Origin: a virus
Lineage: Duplodnaviria; Heunggongvirae; Uroviricota; Caudoviricetes
DNA length: 64,000 bases
Direction: 5' to 3' (one strand)
Virus record (IMG/VR): IMGVR_UViG_3300029747_000004
A model generated the notes under the pieces. That model was not told where the DNA came from, did no database searches, and saw only the letters and a program-made list of their open reading frames with translations. A program made the position numbers and the translations under genes. Position 1 is the stretch's first letter. Each line of letters begins with the position of its first letter. Below are positions 20,663 to 30,383 of the stretch, piece after piece.

Positions 20663-21199
20663 AATACAATAGAAAATTCATGCTGTAGACAGGTTGAAAG
20701 GTGGTGCTGGTAGATAAGTGACAGCATTTTACTAGTGGTTTTATGAATATTTACATTTTTATGAAAACGAATTCAAGATTTTTTCGTGATTATTTTTTCA
20801 GGCTGTAATTTTATATTGTTGAAAATATCAATGTGCTGTTGATGTTTTTGCAGGTGCTTGTATTTTTCAATTTTTATGTTTGTTTGTGAAAATGTTAATT
20901 TTTATGAATAAAATTTTATAAAAATAATAATTGTTCGTTGTTACTTTACGATAACAAAAACGAGCATTTTGAGGGTTTTTGAAGGAATTTGAGTGCTGAA
21001 TTGTTTTTACGTTGAAAATCCAAGTTTGATATAAATTTATAGTACGCATTTTTCAGTTAGTATGTAAAAGAACCACCTACATAAAAATGTATAAAAAATC
21101 ATAAAATCAATAGTTTTATGCACCCTAACGCCTGTTTTATGCAAAAAAATGTATAAAATATGCAATTAAAATAAATTTGAATTTATCCGAATTATTGAT

Positions 21200-21960
21200 A
21201 TAATAATAACTGTCCAAAGGACAAGCGACAACAGCGGCGCAAGCCGAAAAAGTGGCGCAAGCCGAAAAAGTGGCGCAAGCCTTGCAAGTCCTAGGACGCG
21301 GAAACAATCGTTCCTTGAAAACTTTACACGGAGGTAACATTCCGACAAAAGTGACAGCTTTGTGCCTAAGGTCATAGGCGTATGGATAGATAGGCGTAAA
21401 TTTACCCACTTGCAAACCATGCAGGCAGGATAAATGAGAACCCGAAGAATTACATATGCTAGCAGGGCTATGGTACGTAAAAGGGACTTGCTTATAAACA
21501 GTCCGCAACCGGATAAAACCGGCTTTAGCTAGGGTTTCCCTTACCGACGTGCGATATAGGACTATGTTATACCTGTACAGTGTTTGCACTTAGGCGAATA
21601 CGCAGGGTTACGGGGCAAATCCGCAATGAAAAGTCCCTAATGCGATACTGTTATTCATGTTAAATCATGTTAGCAAGTCGTTACCTTATACAGTGATAAC
21701 GTGCGTTTCGCGGACGCACAGGAAGGATTAAAGCAACGTCCAAATAATCCATAGAAGAATACTATAATATCAATGTTAAAGAGTTAAGCCACAACCTTAA
21801 AATGACTGCGCTCATGGCATACTCATGGGGAAGATGGCTGTACCATGTATAGGTTGAAGAGCGACGTAAAACCGTCTAAAAGTATCCGCTGATTTAGGAC
21901 TATGCGAATGGCAATCGAGTAACTTCTGCTCGTCCTTATATAGTATTCTTTATGCGACTA
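21200..21960 (+). ncRNA. candidate structured non-coding RNA / long 5' leader (GC-elevated, ORF-free)
   Basis: ~760 nt with clearly higher GC than flanks, no credible ORF, recurring GGACTATG words, several hairpins including TTTACAGCATA/TATGCTGTAAA at 21967-22005. Confidence 0.3.
21233..21290. repeat. tandem 18-bp repeat (AAGCCGAAAAAGTGGCGC) x ~3
   Basis: Direct reading. Confidence 0.7.
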
Positions 21961-22058
21961 TGGATTATTTACAGCATATTACACAAAAACAGTATGCTGT
22001 AAATAGTCCATAGGACTATAATAATAATTTGCGGTAAAACCGCATAGGAGGAATAACC

Positions 22059-22859
22059 ATGAATAAAACTACTTTCAACACCATTGGCGCTGAGATGATT
22101 GAGAACCGTCTCACCAAGTCCACCCTTGACCTTGATATGCTCACTAGCTATGAGCGCAAGAGCTATATCTCTATCTGTGATGAGATTGCCGACTCTGCCT
22201 ATGCCCTCATGTCTAGCAATAACCATGACAACTTCCCTGCATTCCGTTCTGCCCTGCACAAGCTGTTTACCTTTGTGGAGACCGAAACCCGCATTCTGTC
22301 CCTTGACGCATATTCCCTGCGCTTCATCCCTGCCGTTGTGCCCTATAAGACTTTCAAGTCTAAGGCGTACAAAGACGCTGAAAAGGCTATTCGTGTATTC
22401 AAAAATGCTATGGAATGGGCTTGTGAAGTGTCCAATGTGGATATGACCAACGACGAAGGCGAACTGTTCCCGAATGCAAAGGACTGCGTCCAATTCCAGA
22501 CCGAATACTATTCTGCCGACGTGCAGGATAGCTATAACGCCATTGTCGGAATGTTTGTAGCTAACAATGCGCTCAAAGTATCCGACTTGAAGGCTCACCT
22601 TCAGACTCTCGAAGACGCAAGGGACGACCTTGCAAAAGTTCCGGGCAATTTCTATAACGACTTCAAAGACCCTATGAAGTCCAGCACCGGTAAGCGTCTT
22701 TCTCATGCGCCTGAATCTGTTCGCAAGGGCATTGAGGACGCAATGGCAGACCTTCTTGCCCAGCGTGAACTCATGACCAGTGCCCAGCTCGACAAAGAAG
22801 AAGCCCAGATTGTCGGCGGTAAGAAGCAGGCAAAGCAGGCGAAGTCTGCCAACAAGTAA
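22059..22859 (+). CDS. hypothetical protein (GC-rich gene, strong RBS)
   Basis: AGGAGGAATAACC-ATG; 266 aa; first gene of the rightward block in a compositional island. Confidence 0.5.
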   Translation: MNKTTFNTIGAEMIENRLTKSTLDLDMLTSYERKSYISICDEIADSAYALMSSNNHDNFPAFRSALHKLFTFVETETRILSLDAYSLRFIPAVVPYKTFKSKAYKDAEKAIRVFKNAMEWACEVSNVDMTNDEGELFPNAKDCVQFQTEYYSADVQDSYNAIVGMFVANNALKVSDLKAHLQTLEDARDDLAKVPGNFYNDFKDPMKSSTGKRLSHAPESVRKGIEDAMADLLAQRELMTSAQLDKEEAQIVGGKKQAKQAKSANK

Positions 22860-23030
22860 GACAGTACAAAATGAATGCATCGCATGGGTTTCCTAAAGAG
22901 TCTGTACCCTAAACAGGCTCTTTTTCAGCGCCTAGAGGGGGATAGCCCATTTTACGGCATCCGCAAAATTGATGGGTGTTTCTGTGAGACTTGTATTGTC
23001 AAGTAAACCTATTGAGAAGGAGGAATAACC

Positions 23031-23381
23031 ATGTATCGTAAACCCAGTTTCACTTGGTGGGACGGACTTGGTCGTTGTGTAATTTACCCTGTTTCCGTTC
23101 ATGTTTCTGGTCGACAGTGGGATGAGAAGAACATTCTCGTTCCTTTGCAGGCATGGCAGGAAGGTATCCGCAAATTCGGATTTGTGGATAGTTATGGTGT
23201 AACTCTTCCCGAATACACCATTACTCCGAAGGTTGAAAAGGGTTTGTCCGATGCTGTTGCCGCCTGCGAATCTTTTTACGATAGCATGAAAGAGATGCGT
23301 CGTATTCAGAATGAGCTTGACCGCATACGGAGTAAAATGGACGATATGTCTTATGACTATGACATTCCGTTTTTTGAATAA
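23031..23381 (+). CDS. hypothetical protein
   Basis: RBS GAAGGAGGAATAACCATG. Confidence 0.45.
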   Translation: MYRKPSFTWWDGLGRCVIYPVSVHVSGRQWDEKNILVPLQAWQEGIRKFGFVDSYGVTLPEYTITPKVEKGLSDAVAACESFYDSMKEMRRIQNELDRIRSKMDDMSYDYDIPFFE

Positions 23382-23382
23382 A

Positions 23383-23436
23383 CCCATATAAGACGCTTCG
23401 GCTATGTTGGAGCGTCTAATTATGGGCTTATAACTA
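23383..23436 (+). promoter_or_regulatory. conserved hairpin element copy 1 (AAACCCATATAAGACGCT-loop-AGCGTCTAATTATGGGCTT)
   Basis: Second copy at 24614-24668; both sit immediately 5' of RBS-led genes. Confidence 0.4.
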
Positions 23437-23464
23437 TACTACGCCCAAATAGGAGGTAACAATC

Positions 23465-23659
23465 ATGACCAAGTTCGAGCAGGTTGGCGTTAACTATCAG
23501 AATGACGCTGAATCCAAAGAACAGGCTAACCGAAGTTTCCGCTACAGTTGCGAATGTTGTTGCACTCGTGGTTTGCGCATTGAGTGTGACCGTTGCGCTA
23601 TTGCGGTAGCGCACAATCTCACTATTGCAGCCTTTGAAAATAAAAAGGTTGCCAAGTGA
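23465..23659 (+). CDS. hypothetical Cys-rich small protein
   Basis: RBS AGGAGGTAACAATCATG; CECCCTRGLRIECDRC. Confidence 0.4.
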   Translation: MTKFEQVGVNYQNDAESKEQANRSFRYSCECCCTRGLRIECDRCAIAVAHNLTIAAFENKKVAK

Positions 23660-23758
23660 CCCACTACCAGAGTATACACTGGTTAAGTTTGTATGCCGTT
23701 AGCGTTACAACGTGCGTGACGCAGCAAAGAGTGAGAGCGGCTTAGGCTCTTAGGCTTT

Positions 23759-23790
23759 AGCAGGTAGAATAAACCTGCTATTTTTCATGC
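23759..23790 (+). terminator. rho-independent terminator GCAGGT-agaataa-ACCTGC TATTTTTC
   Basis: Direct reading. Confidence 0.6.
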
Positions 23791-23953
23791 CCACAAAATA
23801 TTATACAACGAACCATACGTGGTTTTTTGATTTAATAAATGTGGGCATACCCATTCGAGCAGAACTACCTTGACGTGGTGAGTTGGCTGCGCTAACGCGC
23901 TCTAAAGTTCTGCACAACATCAATGCCTACGGGCAGAATAGGAGAATGACATC

Positions 23954-24460
23954 ATGAATAACAACATCATCATCAGCAATAATGCCACCATTAAGAGCAC
24001 AGGGGAACATATTGGTGGTAACTGCAAGCCCGTCATTTGCATCACCGACAATATGACCTTCAATAGCGTTACTGATGCCGCCGAGTATTATAATGCTTGG
24101 GCAGTCCAAATTTCTAATGTATGCACCGGCAAGTTTAGAACTTTTCATGGAAAAAGGTTTTGTTTCTTGCGCGACATCAACCAGCATCTTGATGAAATGA
24201 TGGATAACAATCGTAATACGGCAGAAAGAGTTTCTGAGCTTGAGCGCAAAGCCGCTCTTTGGGATGCGTTTCAGCACGAGCAGGAAATGAAGCGCAAAGC
24301 AGAAGAAGAACGCAATGCAACTATTGCAAAGGTCGAAGCAAAACTTGAGCGCCGTAAGCGCATTGCAGAGCGCATTGATGCCGAATATCAGAACGCTGTG
24401 CATCGTATGATGGAAGCAGAAAAAGAACTTGCTGAACTGAAAGGAGATAAAAGCAAATGA
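23954..24460 (+). CDS. hypothetical protein with C-terminal coiled coil
   Basis: 168-aa ORF. Confidence 0.45.
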   Translation: MNNNIIISNNATIKSTGEHIGGNCKPVICITDNMTFNSVTDAAEYYNAWAVQISNVCTGKFRTFHGKRFCFLRDINQHLDEMMDNNRNTAERVSELERKAALWDAFQHEQEMKRKAEEERNATIAKVEAKLERRKRIAERIDAEYQNAVHRMMEAEKELAELKGDKSK

Positions 24461-24613
24461 GCATATTTGCAATCCTTATTGCGGCAACCGCATGTGAAAG
24501 CGCAATAGACTTTGCAGAAACTTGTATTAACAAAGGAAAGGAGTATATAACCCATCAGAAATTTAAATACATCGCACAGGCAAGACGCTATAGAAAAAGA
24601 AGATTTGTTTAGA

Positions 24614-24668
24614 AGCGAAACCTATATAAGACGCTTTGCTAATAAGGCAGAGCGTTTAATTATGGGCT
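24614..24668 (+). promoter_or_regulatory. conserved hairpin element copy 2
   Basis: See 23383..23436. Confidence 0.4.
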
Positions 24669-24689
24669 TTGCTCAAATAAACAATGGAG

Positions 24690-24931
24690 GTAGTACAATG
24701 AGTAATCTTTACTATGAACTGAGTAACGGAGAACTAGTGCCCAAGCACAAGGTAGATGCTGCCTTTGAACTGATTGAGCGGTTGAGGGAAGGTTGCTCGA
24801 TTATTGGTCTTTCTGACATTGATGTGTTTACTAAGGGAGATAAGCTTGACGCAATTATCCGTTTCCGCAATAAGTACAATATCCCGATTAATGAAGCGAA
24901 AGAAGCAATTGAATTTTTAAGGGAGGAATAA
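24690..24931 (+). CDS. hypothetical protein (start MSNLYYEL; track ORF extends upstream without RBS)
   Basis: GGAGG RBS 8 nt before ATG at 24690. Confidence 0.4.
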
Positions 24932-24933
24932 TC

Positions 24934-25272
24934 ATGCAGCGTGTAGCAACTTTTATTAAGATTCAGGGTAACGGAAATATAGAAGTTATTATGAACGGCA
25001 TTGTTAACAAGGAAATTCAGCACCTTCGTCAGCAGGAACTTATTGAACTCAACAAGGCAAATGAAGAGCTTGAAAGGGAAAGAGATGCGGTTAAAATGAT
25101 TAAAAAACAGCGCGATAGGTTACTTGCAGAAAAGTACGCAGAAAGCAAGCCTAGGCGCATGAGCATTAGAACTCGTATAAAGGAAAGCGTTATTTTTGCA
25201 TGGGCATGTCTCATTTGCTGGAGTGAAATGCTTGGGCTGATTGAATACATTGGTGATAAGAAAGTGAGGTAA
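24934..25272 (+). CDS. hypothetical protein
   Basis: RBS GGGAGGAATAATCATG. Confidence 0.4.
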   Translation: MQRVATFIKIQGNGNIEVIMNGIVNKEIQHLRQQELIELNKANEELERERDAVKMIKKQRDRLLAEKYAESKPRRMSIRTRIKESVIFAWACLICWSEMLGLIEYIGDKKVR

Positions 25273-25277
25273 GGAAA

Positions 25278-25535
25278 ATGCCGTCCTATGATTCACATTA
25301 TTATTTGACAAGAGAGTTTAACGGAAATCCAATCGGAACAGAAATCCGTGTTCACAATTGGAATGAAACATCAGTCCAAATTTCTATTCATGGAAAGTAC
25401 GAATGGATAAGCGCAAACACATTTAAGCATATTACAGAATATGTTGTAAGCGATTATTGGACGAACCCAATTGGAGATAACAGAAGGGATGGATATAGCG
25501 AATTTAGTGTAAAGGAGAAGAAAAATGGAAATTAA
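25278..25535 (+). CDS. hypothetical protein
   Basis: ORF with RBS. Confidence 0.4.
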   Translation: MPSYDSHYYLTREFNGNPIGTEIRVHNWNETSVQISIHGKYEWISANTFKHITEYVVSDYWTNPIGDNRRDGYSEFSVKEKKNGN

Positions 25536-25893
25536 AATTACGAATTATTCATGTTACGATAACGGAATTGTAAGCGAAACCGAGAATATTAGCAATATCA
25601 TGGATAAAATGGTTCGCCTTGCTGCAAAGTTAACCGAAAGATATGCAGGTGATATTTACTATGATATGTTAAAACTGAATAACGCTATAAACGAAAAAGA
25701 ACAACTTGACAATTTGTTTTTCTTCCATAAAAACGGAGTTACTACAAGTGAAACTAATAAATTGACAGCAGAACTTTATGATGGTCTCCTATGCTTCTTC
25801 ACTCCTATTCAAACATGGAGATTGACCTACAACCCAGACACAATGGAAATAAAACTTATTCGTGTCAACGTAAGAAAGGAAGGGTTATACTAA
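25525..25893 (+). CDS. hypothetical protein
   Basis: ORF with RBS AAGGAGAAGAAAAATG. Confidence 0.4.
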   Translation: MEIKITNYSCYDNGIVSETENISNIMDKMVRLAAKLTERYAGDIYYDMLKLNNAINEKEQLDNLFFFHKNGVTTSETNKLTAELYDGLLCFFTPIQTWRLTYNPDTMEIKLIRVNVRKEGLY

Positions 25894-26078
25894 TGAATGA
25901 AATTATTAGAATCCTAATGGAACGTGATGGCGTAAGCCGCGAAGAAGCAAGGGAAATGTATCTTGAATGCAAAAGCGAACTCATGGATGCTATATCCGGT
26001 ACAAGTTGCCTTGACCCTGAAGAAGTTCTTGCAAGTGAACTTGGGTTGGAGCCTGACTACTTTATTTACTTTTTATAA
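25894..26078 (+). CDS. hypothetical small protein (MNEIIRILMERDGVSREEAREMY...)
   Basis: ATG with RBS inside track ORF 25791..26078. Confidence 0.35.
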
Positions 26079-26096
26079 CGGAAAGGAGATATAAAC

Positions 26097-26492
26097 ATGA
26101 CACTTAAAGAATTTGCAGGTGTTGATTCTTTTTATAGAGATATTGAAACTAAAAGGGAAATCTCGCATACAGAATACATGCACCGTATAATAGACAAGCT
26201 CGGACTTGAGAATATCGCACGCTATATTCCATTTGACATTGATTGCCTCAAAGAGAAATTTAAGAGAGATAAGCATTTTAACAATACGGCAATGCAAGTA
26301 TGGGATGTAGCAGCAGGATTTATACCACATATAAGCAAAAAAACACATACTCTTGAATACAATCATGCTCATAACGGGCTTGCATATTTGTTCATTGCTA
26401 ACAGAATTACATGTTTTAGTGTATCTGAAGGAGTGAGTGTGCTAAAGGAAGTCGCAAGAATTTTGTGTGGAAGGGAAAATGGAAATGGTTAA
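26097..26492 (+). CDS. hypothetical protein
   Basis: RBS AAAGGAGATATAAACATG. Confidence 0.4.
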   Translation: MTLKEFAGVDSFYRDIETKREISHTEYMHRIIDKLGLENIARYIPFDIDCLKEKFKRDKHFNNTAMQVWDVAAGFIPHISKKTHTLEYNHAHNGLAYLFIANRITCFSVSEGVSVLKEVARILCGRENGNG

Positions 26493-26679
26493 ATTCAAAG
26501 TTCATGTATGCACTCCTTACGAAGATTTTGATAGAGAATATTTTGCGCGAACAAGTAGCAGAGCAATAAACACCGTTGATAAATGGAATGCAGATTTTAA
26601 GGGAACTGAATATAGTGTTGAGCTTATCAGCATTGAACCAACAATTGAAAAGATTCCAGAATATTATACAATCTGGTAA
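26479..26679 (+). CDS. hypothetical protein
   Basis: ORF; start uncertain (GTG 26467 or ATG 26479). Confidence 0.3.
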   Translation: MEMVKFKVHVCTPYEDFDREYFARTSSRAINTVDKWNADFKGTEYSVELISIEPTIEKIPEYYTIW

Positions 26680-26694
26680 TTAGGAGGAAACGCA

Positions 26695-26895
26695 ATGAAC
26701 AAAGACCAAGCGAAACGGCTTTTTGTAACAGCGTGCTACGAAAATGTTTATAATTTGCGTACAGCTATTAAGAAAGACAGACTTATGGTTCAAGAAGATT
26801 GGGGCATCTTTACTGATAGACTTTGTCGTGATGGAGAAATCTCAATGAAACAGTATGAATCATGGACTTTTCCGTGGCCTAAGAAAGGGAGGTAA
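26695..26895 (+). CDS. hypothetical protein
   Basis: RBS TTAGGAGGAAACGCAATG. Confidence 0.4.
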   Translation: MNKDQAKRLFVTACYENVYNLRTAIKKDRLMVQEDWGIFTDRLCRDGEISMKQYESWTFPWPKKGR

Positions 26896-26899
26896 CACA

Positions 26900-27118
26900 A
26901 TGAAATCTTCTGAAATGAAAATTACTGTAAGCCGCAGACCTGATGGAGTTCCTGAATTTACATTTCCTAAAGAATGGGACTTTGATAAGATTTTTGAACA
27001 GATTAGTGAATTGTGTTGTACACTTTCCGAAGAACTTGCGCAAGAGAAACGCATAAATTGGGTTTACAAATGTATGCTTGACTATGATAAAAATGTGGGG
27101 CATATCTATGGAGAATAA
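26900..27118 (+). CDS. hypothetical protein
   Basis: RBS AAGGGAGGTAACACAATG. Confidence 0.4.
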   Translation: MKSSEMKITVSRRPDGVPEFTFPKEWDFDKIFEQISELCCTLSEELAQEKRINWVYKCMLDYDKNVGHIYGE

Positions 27119-27230
27119 ATACAGCATCATTCATATACACGACCACTACGAAATTTACATCAATGGAAGATTCTATTGTAGTGCAGACACTATGGAAGAA
27201 GCAGTAAGAGAAATTGAAGGAGGAATTCTT

Positions 27231-27359
27231 TATGAGTAATAACAATGGAACCAGCGGAGCAGACGTAGTATTTCATCTCTTTATGACGTTAATTACTGGC
27301 GGTGTATGGATCGGAATTCTTGTTATCTGGCTTATCATTAAGGCAGTTTCACAAAAGTA
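27231..27359 (+). CDS. small predicted membrane protein (42 aa)
   Basis: RBS GAAGGAGGAATTCTTTATG; hydrophobic stretch LFMTLITGGVWIGILVIWLII. Confidence 0.3.
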
Positions 27360-27385
27360 ATTAAATTGTTTCCAGAGGAGGTGTA

Positions 27386-27589
27386 ATGAAAATGCCCTTA
27401 AGGTCACATCATAATGATTTCTATTCACTTACTATGCGGTTAAACGTTAATGATAAACTTGAATATATTGAAATCACTGTTAGTTTTACTAACAAAGCTA
27501 ACGGAAAGCAAAAAACTAAACAATTTGCCGCGAGCGAATTTCCAAAAGCAATTGCTTACTATAACGAAATTGAAAACATGATGTTTTAA
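27386..27589 (+). CDS. hypothetical protein
   Basis: RBS AGAGGAGGTGTAATG. Confidence 0.4.
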   Translation: MKMPLRSHHNDFYSLTMRLNVNDKLEYIEITVSFTNKANGKQKTKQFAASEFPKAIAYYNEIENMMF

Positions 27590-27601
27590 AGGAGAACAAA
27601 T

Positions 27602-27898
27602 ATGAATGTTAATGGATATGAAACAATAACTACATTTTTGGATGACTTTAGTATTGCCGATATGTTTGGCGTAGCAGCAATTAAAGATACTTACAAGCGA
27701 GCTTTCAATGAGTGGAAAAGCAATTACAAGTATTTGACTGAACTTGTTATGGTGCTCAACTGGAAAATCTGGCAGCACTACGAAAACAACGAATCAATTG
27801 CAAGAGTGTATAACGAGCTTTGGGAAGAAGCCGATTTGTACGCACAAGAGAACCTGTATGGCGAAGAAGCAGAGTATTTCTTCAGGACAACTGATTAA
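27602..27898 (+). CDS. hypothetical protein
   Basis: RBS AAGGAGAACAAATATG. Confidence 0.4.
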   Translation: MNVNGYETITTFLDDFSIADMFGVAAIKDTYKRAFNEWKSNYKYLTELVMVLNWKIWQHYENNESIARVYNELWEEADLYAQENLYGEEAEYFFRTTD

Positions 27899-27911
27899 AG
27901 GAGTGATAAGA

Positions 27912-28280
27912 ATGATAAACAGAAATGAATCTTTGGCAAAAGATATATATAAATGGTGCAAAAATAAAGAATTGTGGGGTGATAATTGCATTTACTTTAA
28001 TGGCAAGGCATGGGCATCATGGTCAAAATGGGGCGATGAAAACGGAAATGAAATTGACGAAAATCTCTACGAATATATGAATAAAAATCCAATTAAGTAC
28101 TTCGAATATGCAAACCCCGAAACGGTAAGCATGAGTTATGAAGGTGCGCTAAATCATGTGCTTAATGCGTATGTAAGCGGCTGGGTTAAACTAGAAGATG
28201 AATTCCTAAAACTGTTTGAAAAGTATGGGCTTTATGCAGAATATGGAAACTCGTGGAACCTAAGCGCATACGAGCTGTAA
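27912..28280 (+). CDS. hypothetical protein
   Basis: RBS AAGGAGTGATAAGAATG inside longer track ORF. Confidence 0.4.
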   Translation: MINRNESLAKDIYKWCKNKELWGDNCIYFNGKAWASWSKWGDENGNEIDENLYEYMNKNPIKYFEYANPETVSMSYEGALNHVLNAYVSGWVKLEDEFLKLFEKYGLYAEYGNSWNLSAYEL

Positions 28281-28292
28281 AGGAGAATAATA

Positions 28293-28514
28293 ATGTCTTT
28301 GTTGTATGGATTACACACCATAGGTGGTAGAAAACATCGTTTATGCATATCTTTTGCTGGTAAAACAGCTAAAGGGTGGAAAAGTGCATATAATGGACCT
28401 CCATGGAAAAAATGGTTCAACAATCCAATCTTTCACAACAGAAGCGGATACGACCAAGTGCTTGATAGATATAGAGTTTGGTTTATATTCATGTGGTTTA
28501 TTATTCAATGGTAA
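28293..28514 (+). CDS. hypothetical protein
   Basis: RBS AAGGAGAATAATAATG. Confidence 0.35.
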   Translation: MSLLYGLHTIGGRKHRLCISFAGKTAKGWKSAYNGPPWKKWFNNPIFHNRSGYDQVLDRYRVWFIFMWFIIQW

Positions 28515-28528
28515 AGGAGATAGCACCC

Positions 28529-28783
28529 ATGACAGTTGAAGAGCTTAAACTTGAAGCCGCAAAACTTGGATATAACATCACCAAAAAACCAGAACCAATT
28601 AAACTTTTGCCATGTGTTTGTGGACACAACAAAAGACACTTGTGGTTTGATTGCAAAACCCAAATGCATTTTTATAGATGTGAATATTGTGGTTTTGATG
28701 GTTATCAGTCAAAGACTAAAAAAGACGCAAAGACAAATTGGAACAAAGCTATTGAGAAGGCGAGGAAAGGTGAAAGCAATTAA
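28529..28783 (+). CDS. hypothetical zinc-binding protein
   Basis: RBS AAAGGAGATAGCACCCATG; CVCGHNKRH...CEYCG. Confidence 0.4.
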   Translation: MTVEELKLEAAKLGYNITKKPEPIKLLPCVCGHNKRHLWFDCKTQMHFYRCEYCGFDGYQSKTKKDAKTNWNKAIEKARKGESN

Positions 28784-28948
28784 TATTGATTGGGATATTG
28801 AATACGAAGAAGATAGAGAGTCGCTTCCAACAGAAATTGAGATTCCTGCCGACATGGAAGATGAAGATGAAATCAGTGATTATCTTTCAGATGTAACTGG
28901 ATTTTGTCATAAGGGATTTGAATTAATCTAATAAAGGAAGTAAAGCAA

Positions 28949-29230
28949 ATGGCACAGTTCAAAAACTGGAAATGCAATAGTTACAGATTCGGCAGCAAAA
29001 AAGAGAAAGATTATAGTTATTTAGAACTTAAAGAGTATTTCTATATAGACGGCAGTGAGGTAATCTATTGTAAGAGAGACTTTGGAGATTGCGAAGCTGG
29101 AAACTACTATCTTGTATCTGATGGCACATGGTATGGTTGTGGCTTTGTTGTAAATGAGTACGCCCCATTTAAATCATGGATTGACAGAGAATATATGAAG
29201 GAAGGCAAGGTAAATGAAACTTTGGGTTGA
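28949..29230 (+). CDS. hypothetical protein
   Basis: RBS AAAGGAAGTAAAGCAAATG. Confidence 0.4.
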   Translation: MAQFKNWKCNSYRFGSKKEKDYSYLELKEYFYIDGSEVIYCKRDFGDCEAGNYYLVSDGTWYGCGFVVNEYAPFKSWIDREYMKEGKVNETLG

Positions 29231-29519
29231 TGATGTGCGTCCTGTTCCAGATGGATATTGGTTGGCTCAATCTGTTAAGCAAGCAAAACTTGCTATTCAA
29301 ATTGTAGAACAAAGTTCTGAACCTATTGAACTTATTGACATTGATCATGATGCGGGCGACTACGTAAACGACGGTGGAGATTATATTAACCTTCTTAACT
29401 GGCTCGAACAAACTGGTCGTAACTATCCAATTAAAATTCACAGTATGAATCCTGTTGGCGTAGAAAACATGCGACGAATCATTAAGCGAAATGGTTGGAC
29501 GGAAATTAAAGGAGAGTGA
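29214..29519 (+). CDS. hypothetical protein
   Basis: ORF with RBS. Confidence 0.4.
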   Translation: MKLWVDDVRPVPDGYWLAQSVKQAKLAIQIVEQSSEPIELIDIDHDAGDYVNDGGDYINLLNWLEQTGRNYPIKIHSMNPVGVENMRRIIKRNGWTEIKGE

Positions 29520-29524
29520 TAAAA

Positions 29525-29761
29525 ATGGACACATTAACAAACATAGCAATATTAGGAGTATTCATGTATGCTTGCGCTGGCGACTATGAACCAATGAAGA
29601 GAATAGGATTTTTGCTAACCATCATAGGAATGATTGGTTCATCAATTATTTACCAAAGATTAAAAGAAAGGATTGAAGAATTAGAAAGACAAATAAACAA
29701 GAGTAATGATATAATAGCCAAGAATAGACAATACAAAATGAATGGCAGAAGGGGATTATAA
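29525..29761 (+). CDS. small membrane protein (two predicted TM helices)
   Basis: RBS AAAGGAGAGTGATAAAAATG; hydrophobic segments. Confidence 0.4.
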   Translation: MDTLTNIAILGVFMYACAGDYEPMKRIGFLLTIIGMIGSSIIYQRLKERIEELERQINKSNDIIAKNRQYKMNGRRGL

Positions 29762-29762
29762 T

Positions 29763-30383
29763 ATGGGCTGGACAAGTTATCATGTTGAAACAATATATAA
29801 TAACGGAAAGCTTTTCATAGACCGTAAAATAGAATGCGATAAGATGTTTAGATGTGATGCAATTCATAGCAAAACAAATAAAATAGTTGGTAAATATGAA
29901 CTTCTAAAATCTGCTATGGTTGGTGGTACTCATTATGCTGCAGTAAAGAAAACTATCTTTGCAACAGAAACTGAACCAGAACGAACTATAGTGTTTGCAG
30001 CCATTACATTGACCCGTGTTGACAATAAAAACTATTTCAACTTTGCATATAAAGATATGGAAGAAAGTATGGGACCTTGTGAACACAATTGTCCAAAGTC
30101 AATCTTGGATTTATTAACCCCAACTGATTCTGAATATGCAAAAAAATGGAGGAAAGATTGTTATGAGAATTTGAAGAAAAAGCGAGATCCAAATACACTT
30201 GCAAACTTACCAATTGGAAGTGTAATTAAATATACACATCGTAACGGAATGGAAATAGAACTTTTTAAACATCCAGCAGCATATCAATTTAAACGCCCAT
30301 TCTGGATGATGTGCAATGATAACAAATATGTATCTGCGAATCATATTCCTAGCAATTATGTTGTTGTTAAGAGGGGGGAGTAA
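29763..30383 (+). CDS. hypothetical protein
   Basis: RBS AAGGGGATTATAATATG. Confidence 0.4.
   Translation: MGWTSYHVETIYNNGKLFIDRKIECDKMFRCDAIHSKTNKIVGKYELLKSAMVGGTHYAAVKKTIFATETEPERTIVFAAITLTRVDNKNYFNFAYKDMEESMGPCEHNCPKSILDLLTPTDSEYAKKWRKDCYENLKKKRDPNTLANLPIGSVIKYTHRNGMEIELFKHPAAYQFKRPFWMMCNDNKYVSANHIPSNYVVVKRGE

Noticed and set aside
21137-21589. Minus-strand ORFs (150 and 84 aa) in the divergent non-coding region
   Set aside because: They are generated by the tandem 18-bp repeat (LAPLFRLAPLFRLAPL...). They have no RBS and lie within an otherwise ORF-free structured region.
21969-22880. 303-aa minus-strand ORF spanning the whole 22059..22859 gene
   Set aside because: It is antisense to a well-formed RBS-led plus-strand gene in a GC-elevated segment. 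Its translation is low-complexity (Leu/Arg/Gly-rich). Long antisense ORFs are an expected artefact of raised GC.
24605-24689. Upstream extension of the 24690 gene in the ORF track (MFRSETYIRRFANKAERLIMGFAQINNGG)
   Set aside because: The extension covers the conserved hairpin element and has no RBS. The ATG at 24690 has a GGAGG at ideal spacing.
28771-28931. Possible 53-aa GTG-start ORF (VKAINIDWDIEYEEDRES...)
   Set aside because: It has no ATG and only a weak RBS, so it is kept out of the feature list. It could be a real acidic micro-protein.
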